From contig JAWOBA010000012.1 in NCBI GenBank assembly GCA_046498285.1, forward strand, positions 1 to 48,018: a stretch of 48,018 bases of DNA. The letters run 5' to 3'. This DNA is from Desulfatiglandales bacterium (lineage in GTDB: Bacteria; Desulfobacterota; DSM-4660; Desulfatiglandales; B25-G16). The notes under the pieces were generated by a model, which worked only from the letters and a program-made list of their open reading frames with translations, had not been told where the DNA came from and did not search any database. Positions 40,480 through 48,018 of this stretch are shown here, in pieces (position 1 is the stretch's first letter; every line of letters begins with the position of its first letter). The position numbers and the translations under genes were made by a program.

Positions 40480-41556
40480 TTATCTTCCTGGGGATAACAC
40501 TCTTGCTCCAACGGAATCCACAGTACATGCAAGTACCCTTCCCTTTCTTGTATCTTTCAATATGTGAGTCCATATTTCTCGTAATCTCTGTATAGCATCA
40601 ATCTCTCCAAGAGCCCAGACAGTCCCGCCACCCCCTGCACCTGCAAACCTGGCGCCACATCCAACATTTTCAGACTCCCTAATAAGCTTTGTAATTGCTG
40701 GAGTGAATGCCTCAGGTGTTATTTTCTTTCGTATCTCAATCTCACTGATTAGCTCTTCCGCTGCCTTGTTCCAGCTTCTCTCTTTTATATGTGAGGCAAA
40801 CCGGGTGACAATCCTATTCACTTCAATCCATCCGGATCTGGTCTCTCCTTGTAAAAATTTCTCTATCCACATTCTGTTTATCCTGATGGATAGATGTCTC
40901 CTGCCACTATACGCAACCAGGATTCTTTTTGAAATTTCTATTTGCCCATTTTTATCAAGAAGAGACTCTCTATTGAATGGTTTTTTTCTCTGAGAGTAAT
41001 TCCAAGACCACTTATTCACACCACCAAAAACTGCTGCCCCCTGATCCTGCAGCCCACACATCCCGCCATTTACTGCATCCTCCAAATGATATGCCAAGTG
41101 GAGAATTTCTCCATTGTTAATCTCATGTTCGTTCAACAAACTTCTAACCACAGAAAATGCCTTCAAGGTTGCCACAGCAGCAGTACTCGATCCCCCGAGA
41201 CCGGCATTAACAGGAGAAGTTGATTGTATTTTCATATGCAATCCGTGAAACCGAAAAAAAGATGCGATGGAAAAAAAGAGGCCAAATTGTGAATTAAATG
41301 GGGCACTATCAAGCGGATATGCCTCCTCTGTATCAAAATTATCTGAAGATATCTTGACCCATCCTGATTTGTAAGGCAGAAGAGATACATACGTTCTTAG
41401 GTTTATAGCCAGATTTACTGTGACAGGGTCAATCCACTCCAAAGGAAGAGCCAGCGCCTTTATATCCCAAGTCCCACCAGTGTCAATCCTGCACGGGGCT
41501 GAAGTTGTTATTGGTTTTTCCAAGCTCTTTAGTAATGATTCCAAAGACTTAGGCAT
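40480..41556 (-). CDS. GHMP kinase, HddA-like sugar-phosphate kinase
   Basis: APCRIDTGGTWD, PVNAGLGGSS, GLQDQ, GAGGGG. Confidence 0.8.
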   Translation of the reverse strand: MPKSLESLLKSLEKPITTSAPCRIDTGGTWDIKALALPLEWIDPVTVNLAINLRTYVSLLPYKSGWVKISSDNFDTEEAYPLDSAPFNSQFGLFFSIASFFRFHGLHMKIQSTSPVNAGLGGSSTAAVATLKAFSVVRSLLNEHEINNGEILHLAYHLEDAVNGGMCGLQDQGAAVFGGVNKWSWNYSQRKKPFNRESLLDKNGQIEISKRILVAYSGRRHLSIRINRMWIEKFLQGETRSGWIEVNRIVTRFASHIKERSWNKAAEELISEIEIRKKITPEAFTPAITKLIRESENVGCGARFAGAGGGGTVWALGEIDAIQRLREIWTHILKDTRKGRVLACTVDSVGARVLSPGR

Positions 41557-41793
41557 GACTCATTACTCCTCCCGTAGTCTCTATCTCAGCATTATGAGAT
41601 GCTACCCATGATTAAACGACTTTTATACCTAAAAAAATAAAAAGGTATAAAGATTGATAAGCAACCTCCAGCGAATATGTCACCATATGGAATATCTTCA
41701 AGCTAAACTATTCTCCTGGTAAGTTGAGACAATAATGAACCAAGTGATAAATCAAAAAGGCTGCTTGATGTATATTTCCTTTCCTGCCTTAAA

Positions 41794-42221
41794 CCCACAT
41801 TATGCAGTTGAATAAAGGAAAGTATTGACAAAAGGTGTGTACGTTATTGATTGTGCTCCTTTCATGCAGTCAGCAAACCACCATAGAAAGGAGCACAAAA
41901 ACGTGAAACAAACTGATGGAAAAAATAACAAAACCTTAAGAGTCAATCAAGTAAAAATCCTATTTACCAATAAGCCTATAACTGCATGAGGAGGCTTGGC
42001 TACCATAGGGGCAAAATTCCTAGAAGCCTTAGAGTTTCGCTCATGTGTAGAATCTACGATTCCCATTAAGGAAAAAGTAATAATGCCAAAGGGGCTTACG
42101 GGAAAGTGCCGACCACTTTTCTGACTGTGCTCTCTGAAGGAGAGCGTTTTACCCACCTCTCCTGGTGGAATCATGGTATTGAAGCCATTAAAAAGGCCTT
42201 TGATATACAATGGCTCCCCAG
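41794..42221 (+). mobile_element. IS1380-family relic: left IR plus 5' transposase pseudogene
   Basis: IR CCCACATTATGCAGTTG; RBS inside a hairpin; GTG 41903 gives FTNKPITA*GGL (TGA 41987), then a frameshift; truncated by IS21 fragment. Confidence 0.7.
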
Positions 42222-42684
42222 GTCCTGCTCGTTGCAGCCTCTGCCCTTTAGGTCGCCCTGTCTCTTGTATTTTTATCAGCTATTATGCTGAGTATGTAAC
42301 AATGCACTGAAGAAAGCTACCCGGTATAGTCTATCCTCTCAAGTTCATTACATATCCTGGTTCCTATGTAACCCTTAGCGAGCATATCACTTATCTTGTC
42401 TTCATAATCATCCAGCATCTTCTCGTAGGTGCGTCTCTTAAAGACAGGTGGCAGTGAATTTCTCAGATACTTCCTCACCTTGTTCTTCGATAGATTCAAC
42501 TGTCTGGCTATCCCCTTGATCGATTCCCCCTTCGTCCTCAATACCTTTACCTGTTGCCACTTATACATGCTTATCACCCTCCTGTTTACTCCTCCTTTCC
42601 TTTTTGGGAGGAGATTATATACCTTTCTTTAGTGGTGTCAGTTTTAAATGACGATGGGGGGTCAATTGTATTTTAGGATTTACA
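42222..42684 (-). mobile_element. istA: IS21-family relic: left end plus istA 5' pseudogene (from 42577)
   Basis: TGT terminus at 42684, tandem sites AATTGACCCCCC/AACTGACACCAC; HTH SIKGIARQLNLSKNKVRKYL; reading frame continues GxSLSSVH..RAT through two stops. Confidence 0.85.
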
Positions 42685-42729
42685 AAAACCATGGAATGAT
42701 TCCATGTGGGATTACTGCCAGGGAATAGG

Positions 42730-42766
42730 AAGGGATTAGCCAATAATGGCTAATCCCTTTTGTTTT
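42730..42766 (+). terminator. Intrinsic terminator-like hairpin
   Basis: 13-bp stem AAGGGATTAGCCA/TGGCTAATCCCTT, 4-nt loop, TTGTTTT. Confidence 0.65.
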
Positions 42767-43090
42767 AGGTAGTATAATTCATAAAACAACCTTGATCCTA
42801 GACAATGGAAACTGCATTGCCTATCTCCACAACAATGAGTGTAGTTTCTACACATGTAAAAGTCTTAGTATTTTAGCTTATTGTTTCAGGCACCGATAAA
42901 ACGATAGGGAGACAAAAGACAGTGAAGAATTTTATAGAACCATATGACAAATCGATAAAACATGATATTATTCAAGTTCAATACGGCAAACAAATCAATT
43001 GCCATTAAATCCAAAATCAAGTAGAAAAATCATAAAAGCAGCAAATTAAAATAATACAACGCAAAGAAAAACAAAAATGGAGCTATAAAT

Positions 43091-44788
43091 ATGATGACCT
43101 CCAACTCAATACCTGCATCTAACTTTATTCGCAACATGATCGCTAAAGACCGCAAGGCAAACAAAAATGATGGCCGGGTTCATACCAGATTTCCACCAGA
43201 ACCCAACGGCTACCTGCACATTGGACACGCCAAGTCCATTTGCCTCAATTTTGGCCTCGCCAAAGAGTTTGGAGGTCTCTGCAACTTGCGATTTGATGAT
43301 ACTGATCCCAGCAAAGAGGAACGTAAATATGTTGAATCTATCAAAAAAGATATAAGCTGGCTTGGGTTTGATTGGGAGGATAGAGAGTATTATGCATCTG
43401 ACTACTTTGAGCAACTCTTTAAATATGCTATTCAGCTCATCAAAGATGAGAAGGCATACGTATGTGACCTAACTGCAAATGAGATAAGAGAACACCGCGG
43501 CACCCTGAAGGAACCCGGGAAAAATAGTCCATATAGAAATCGTTCGGTTGAAGAAAACCTGGACTTGTTTGAACGTATGCGGTTAGGAGAATTTCCGAAC
43601 GGCTCCCGCGTACTTCGAGCAAAGATCGATATGGCTTCTCCAAATTTGAATATGCGGGATCCGGTTATCTATCGTATTCTTCAGGCAAAACATCACAGGA
43701 CAGGAAACAGGTGGTGCATCTATCCCATGTATGATTTTACTCACGGCCAGTGCGATTCTATCGAAAGGATCACCCATTCCCTTTGTACCCTGGAATTTGA
43801 AGATCATCGCCCTTTGTATGACTGGTTCCTTGATGCATTGAACATCTTTCATCCGCAGCAAATTGAGTTCGCCAGACTCAATCTTAGCTATACGGTAATG
43901 AGCAAACGAATGCTCTTAGAATTGATAGAACATGGGCATGTTACCGGATGGGACGATCCACGGATACCTACAATATCAGGGTTGCGGAGACGAGGCTACA
44001 CACCAGAGGCAATTAGAAATTTCTGCGAGCGTATCGGAGTAGCCAAGAAGGATAGCATCGTCGATATTGCACTGCTCGAGCATAATATCCGCGAAGATTT
44101 AAATAAACGTGCACCCCGTGTTATGGCTGTATTGCGGCCACTACGAGTGGTTATAGATAACTATCCAGAAAACAAGATAGAAGAGTTGGAGGCAGTGAAC
44201 AATCCGGAAGATCCCAGTATGGGCACACGGAAGGTTCCTTTTTCACGAGTGCTCTACATCGAACAAGATGATTTTCGCGAGGACCCTCCAAAAAAGTTCT
44301 TCCGTTTGGCCCCTGATCGTGAAGTACGGCTCCGATACGCATATTTTATCAAATGCGTTGATGTCATTAAGGATAAGCAAACCGGGGAAATCCTTGAGCT
44401 ACACTGTACTTATGATCCAAAGACACGAGGAGGGGATGCCCCTGATGGGCGCAAGGTTAAGGCAACGTTGCACTGGGTTTCAAGGGCCCGTTGCCTCAAA
44501 GCAGAAGTGCGCTTATACGATCATCTTTTTCTAAAAGCAAATCCAGCCAATGAAAGAGATGATGCTGATTTCAAAGCCTCTGTAAATCCAAACTCATTAG
44601 AAACATTGACCTCCTGCTGTGTTGAACCAAGTTTAGCGGGTGCAGCATCTGGAAGTCATTACCAATTTGAGAGACTGGGATATTTCTGCATAGATTCTAT
44701 TGACTCGACAAATGAAAAGTTAGTATTTAATCGCACGGTAACTTTACGAGACACATGGGCCAAGATTGAGAAAGCACAGAAAGAATAA
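43091..44788 (+). CDS. glnS: Glutamine--tRNA ligase
   Basis: [34 protein letters not shown]. Confidence 0.97.
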   Translation: MMTSNSIPASNFIRNMIAKDRKANKNDGRVHTRFPPEPNGYLHIGHAKSICLNFGLAKEFGGLCNLRFDDTDPSKEERKYVESIKKDISWLGFDWEDREYYASDYFEQLFKYAIQLIKDEKAYVCDLTANEIREHRGTLKEPGKNSPYRNRSVEENLDLFERMRLGEFPNGSRVLRAKIDMASPNLNMRDPVIYRILQAKHHRTGNRWCIYPMYDFTHGQCDSIERITHSLCTLEFEDHRPLYDWFLDALNIFHPQQIEFARLNLSYTVMSKRMLLELIEHGHVTGWDDPRIPTISGLRRRGYTPEAIRNFCERIGVAKKDSIVDIALLEHNIREDLNKRAPRVMAVLRPLRVVIDNYPENKIEELEAVNNPEDPSMGTRKVPFSRVLYIEQDDFREDPPKKFFRLAPDREVRLRYAYFIKCVDVIKDKQTGEILELHCTYDPKTRGGDAPDGRKVKATLHWVSRARCLKAEVRLYDHLFLKANPANERDDADFKASVNPNSLETLTSCCVEPSLAGAASGSHYQFERLGYFCIDSIDSTNEKLVFNRTVTLRDTWAKIEKAQKE

Positions 44789-44854
44789 AGAGAATCGGCC
44801 TTCATCTTCATGAGAGTATCCCTTACCTCTTGTTCTCAGTCTTTATTGACTTTG

Positions 44855-46030
44855 CTAGTACAAAAACATTGGTTTACCACCAACATGACGGATTTTAGGT
44901 CTATACTCTTCAATATCGTAGAGTTCTCTTACATCCACACGTTTCTGGCCTGTGGTAATAGTGCTGAGGGGGATATCTGTATAGATTCCGCGGCTGAGAG
45001 CTACAAGACGTCCAAAGACACCTTTTAAAAAAAGATCGATAGCCGTATTTGCATAGTTAACAGCCACCATCTGATCTAAAGAATCAGGTGTGCCGCTTCT
45101 CATAAGATAGGAGAGCCGCTGATTCAAAACATCCTCTCCGGTAAGTTCCTTGAGAATAACTCCAGTTTCCTCTCCAATTCCTCCCAATTTTTTATGACCA
45201 TAGGCGTCTGACTCTCCAGATAAGAACATCTCGCCCCCTGTCAATTTGGCCCCTTCTGAAATAGTAATCATGGCATAATTTTGAGGATTGGCTTTTTTAT
45301 CTTTTGTGATAAGCATTGCTAGGCTTTTCGGATCAAATGGGACCTCTGAAATAATGGCACGATCTACCCCTGCCAAATAAGCTGCTATCAAAGATGTCTC
45401 ACCACAATATCTGCCAAATAACTCAATAACCGCTATACGTTCATGAGAGCCAGCTGAGGTTCTTAATGCATGGATAAAAGTTACACTCCTTGTAACAGCT
45501 GTAGAAAAACCAATACAATAATCAGTCCCAAAAACGTCATTATCCATCGTTTTAGGTATAGCAATGACAGGGAATCCTTCACGGTGCAATCTTTCAGCAA
45601 AACTAAGGGTATCATCTCCTCCTATAGGAATAATGGCATCTATTTTCAAATATTCCAGGTTCTTTATGACACGGGATGTGAAATCCTTTACCTTCTCATT
45701 TTTCCCAAACGCTTTTTTAAGAAAATCAGGAGCTTCCTTTTTCTTTACAGCACTTGGATTAGTCCGAGACGTATGCAGATATGTGCCTCCTGAACGATCA
45801 ATAGTCCTAACGTCTGAGGAAATCAATTTCTGAACATACCTCTCACTGGCATGAGAATCATTTGAATTATACTCTAAAAGCCCGGCCCAACCTCGGCGTA
45901 TTCCCATGATATTTATTCCTTCGCTCTCTGCCCTGTAAACAAGAGTCTTAATGCATGAATTGAGACCTGGGACATCCCCGCCACCAGTAAGTATAGCTAT
46001 TGTTGATTTACCATTACTTTTTGTTTTCAT
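44855..46030 (-). CDS. pfkA: PfkA-family 6-phosphofructokinase, probably PPi-dependent
   Basis: [30 protein letters not shown]. Confidence 0.9.
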   Translation of the reverse strand: MKTKSNGKSTIAILTGGGDVPGLNSCIKTLVYRAESEGINIMGIRRGWAGLLEYNSNDSHASERYVQKLISSDVRTIDRSGGTYLHTSRTNPSAVKKKEAPDFLKKAFGKNEKVKDFTSRVIKNLEYLKIDAIIPIGGDDTLSFAERLHREGFPVIAIPKTMDNDVFGTDYCIGFSTAVTRSVTFIHALRTSAGSHERIAVIELFGRYCGETSLIAAYLAGVDRAIISEVPFDPKSLAMLITKDKKANPQNYAMITISEGAKLTGGEMFLSGESDAYGHKKLGGIGEETGVILKELTGEDVLNQRLSYLMRSGTPDSLDQMVAVNYANTAIDLFLKGVFGRLVALSRGIYTDIPLSTITTGQKRVDVRELYDIEEYRPKIRHVGGKPMFLY

Positions 46031-46070
46031 TTAAAACCTCTCTTTAGAATAATTAAGGTTTCCGAAAATT

Positions 46071-46270
46071 AACGGCTTCCTGAAAAGCCCACTGTTGCGT
46101 TATGCTTCATTCCCGCTCCCCTAAATTCTCCCTTTGCGAGATGGCGGAGCCGATTTAACAGGGTGAATCATTGCAGCATACCGGTAAGTACGCTTTATTC
46201 ATCAAGATTCGCAAGCCTTGCATTTGAAGCACTTTACTTTGGCGTCCCAATTTAGACTTCCAGCGAGTTC
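46071..46270. repeat. Degenerate MITE-like repeat remnant
   Basis: Decayed ends resembling the (C)GTAAAAAG.../...CTTTTTACGAG ends of the 46601 element; boundaries approximate. Confidence 0.4.
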
Positions 46271-46399
46271 GGTTTATCCGTATGTTGTAGTCGGATTATT
46301 AGCTATTGATATAATTCATTATTTTTAACTGTTTAGCCACGAAGGCACAAGGCCACAAAAAAGAGATACATATATATTGAATCACGGAGCTTTTTCATG

Positions 46400-46448
46400 A
46401 ATGAGCCTAAGGCTCATTACTTTCAATCCCGATTTATCGGGATTGAAA
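46400..46448. repeat. Two adjacent REP-like hairpins
   Basis: AATGAGCC-TAA-GGCTCATT and TTTCAATCCCGAT-TT-ATCGGGATTGAAA; related CCCGATTTATCCGGG lies inside the 26434 element. Confidence 0.7.
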
Positions 46449-46600
46449 AGACTATAATGAAGAACAATTCTATAGTTGTCGTGCCTAGGCGGCAAGGTAT
46501 CTGAATACATACCATTATTTTTACTTTTTTACATGTGATTGGGTTCGTTGCTCAAAGGATGCCGCCTGCGGCATAAATTAGATTTTACGAGTTCAAAGTT

Positions 46601-46791
46601 TGATGATTTCGTAAAAAGTCATTTTACTCGCTCATGATGCCCATTTTGGGATTCATCAAATGCTTCGCTAAATTCCAAAAACTCGGCCTAAAGGCCTCAA
46701 ACAATTTGGAATTTTTAACGCTCAGCATTTCCTGAATCTATTTCCAAAAGTGGCCAAAATCGCTCGCAAAAGACTTTTTACGAGTTTGTCA
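46601..46791. mobile_element. MITE with imperfect 20-bp TIRs
   Basis: TGATGATTTCGTAAAAAGTC ... GACTTTTTACGAGTTTGTCA; internal hairpin; no clean TSD. Confidence 0.7.
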
Positions 46792-46798
46792 CTATTTA

Positions 46799-47380
46799 CT
46801 ACGAAAAACCCTTCCGGAAAAGGATATACTCAACTAATTCACAGATTAGATGGCCCGCCAAAATATGGGTTTCCTGAACACGAGGAGTCTCATTGCTTTC
46901 AACCACCAATGGTAAATCTACTAATGCGAGCATTTTTCCACCATCTCCTCCTATAAGTCCAATGGTATATAAACCCTTCGCTTTTGCAGTCCTTATGGCA
47001 GAGAGAATATTGTTCGAGTTCCCACTCGTTGAAATAGCAAGTAATATATCCCCTTCAACACCAAGGGCCTGAATTTGTTTAGAGAAAACTTCTTCATAGC
47101 TGTAATCGTTGGCAATACTTGTAATAATAGAGGTATCAGTGGTAAGTGCAATTGCTGCTAAGGGATGGCGTTCTATTAGAAACCTGTTAACAAATTCTGC
47201 AGCAATATGCTGTGCATCAGCTGCACTTCCTCCATTACCACAGAGCATAAGCTTTCTATTAATGCTCAAGGCTTTTGATATATAATCAGCACATTTCATC
47301 AATTGAGAGGAATTTTCTTTAATAAAGCTCCCGGTAATTCTTCGGTTTTCGTTGAATACCCTTCTAACTATCTCTTCCAT
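46799..47380 (-). CDS. gmhA: Phosphoheptose isomerase
   Basis: CGNGGSAADAQH, ANDY, STSGNS, QETH. Confidence 0.95.
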   Translation of the reverse strand: MEEIVRRVFNENRRITGSFIKENSSQLMKCADYISKALSINRKLMLCGNGGSAADAQHIAAEFVNRFLIERHPLAAIALTTDTSIITSIANDYSYEEVFSKQIQALGVEGDILLAISTSGNSNNILSAIRTAKAKGLYTIGLIGGDGGKMLALVDLPLVVESNETPRVQETHILAGHLICELVEYILFRKGFS

Positions 47381-47461
47381 TCTTTTATCTCACCATCGTG
47401 TAGCTATACATTTCATGTTGCGCAGAATATTTTTAAAACTATAATCTCAAAACAAATTTGT

Positions 47462-47515
47462 CAATGCTGGATTTACTGCAACCCTTTAATGCCCAACCAT
47501 AGACAGTGGGATATC
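47462..47515 (-). pseudogene. Possible fragment of a HAD-IB hydrolase
   Basis: Translates DIPLSMVGH*RVAVNPAL, resembling the DLP..VGHPVAVNP motif. Confidence 0.3.
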
Positions 47516-47783
47516 CCCCGTTCACGAATTATTTTCTTTTTCAATCCTCTCCTTGAAGGGTTGGGCCGCTGGTTTTAGCGGTTTAATCCATTGAAGGCAT
47601 ATAAATTCCTCGCCCCTGGGAGCGACTATGATATTCTTATGGATATTCTGACTACCCTGCTGCTCTGCTCTAGGATAGTCTATTTCTTAAATGACATTAC
47701 AAATTTTTTTATTGAAAATCATATTTTAATATGCTAAGGGGTTCACATACTCTTGATTATTTGCATTTTAGCACCGTATTTAT

Positions 47784-48018
47784 GAAGACCCAGAACTTGA
47801 ATACCCCGTTTTGTAAACGGGGATGAAAAGTTCTTCTGCCGAAGTCAGGGATACGTATGATATGCTTTCCGCATGGAACTGAAGAGAACGAGCCATGCAG
47901 TCTATGATACAAAATACCACCTGGTGTGGGCCCCGAAGTACCGAAAATGGATCTTGCGGGGAGATGTCAGAGTTCGAACGAAAGAGATCTTTGAGGAGAT
48001 TGCAATACATCACGACTT
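47784..48018 (+). mobile_element. IS200/IS605-family element, left end (runs off window)
   Basis: Subterminal hairpin CCCCGTTT-TGT-AAACGGGG (47804-47822) 20 nt after TTAT; tnpA follows. Confidence 0.85.
47873..48018 (+). CDS. tnpA: IS200-family Y1 transposase, partial
   Basis: MELKRTSHAVYDTKYHLVWAPKYRKWIL; missing from the ORF track because truncated. Confidence 0.92.
   Translation, partial: MELKRTSHAVYDTKYHLVWAPKYRKWILRGDVRVRTKEIFEEIAIHHD

Noticed and set aside
41987-41989. In-frame TGA as selenocysteine or recoding
   Set aside because: Lies at an expected Trp in a transposase that is also frameshifted and truncated; a nonsense mutation is simpler
42800-42852. Fluoride riboswitch-like pseudoknot upstream of glnS
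   Set aside because: Lacks the conserved GCUGAUG segment and has no fitting downstream gene
47780-48013. 77-aa minus-strand ORF
   Set aside because: Antisense to the recognisable IS200 tnpA

Overview
Chromosomal window of a fairly AT-rich Gram-negative anaerobe. The gene content (lpxI-type lipid A cluster, iorAB, trpB2, TRAP, Mo/W-bisPGD enzyme) suggests Desulfobacterota; this is an inference. Gene order: hisI-hisG-aminotransferase-engB; YdbH-like large envelope protein plus a YdbL/DUF1318 lipoprotein; a minus-strand run of skp-lpxD-fabZ-lpxA-lpxI-gnnA-like-lpxB, an NtrX-like regulator, an AsnB-like amide ligase, a nitrilase-fold hydrolase and a complete sugar-family ABC importer; DUF5752-treT; an orphan acetylene-hydratase-like molybdoenzyme; a racemase; serA-trpB2-small Cys protein-iorAB-TRAP; dodecin; an HddA-like kinase; IS1380 and IS21 relics; glnS; PPi-type pfk; gmhA; the start of an IS200. 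No rRNA, complete tRNA or CRISPR array was seen. The best candidate for an undescribed system is the AsnB-like ligase, whose catalytic N-terminal Cys is replaced by Ser, encoded just upstream of a nitrilase-fold amidase and a carbohydrate ABC importer. The intergenic DNA holds many non-autonomous elements: a 340-bp fold-back palindrome built on an IS1380-type MITE end, a MITE family with 5-bp TSDs whose core lies in opposite orientations in different copies, and a 32-bp doublet inserted at G^GAA without target duplication. Functional calls rest on motif recognition only; no database searches were run.
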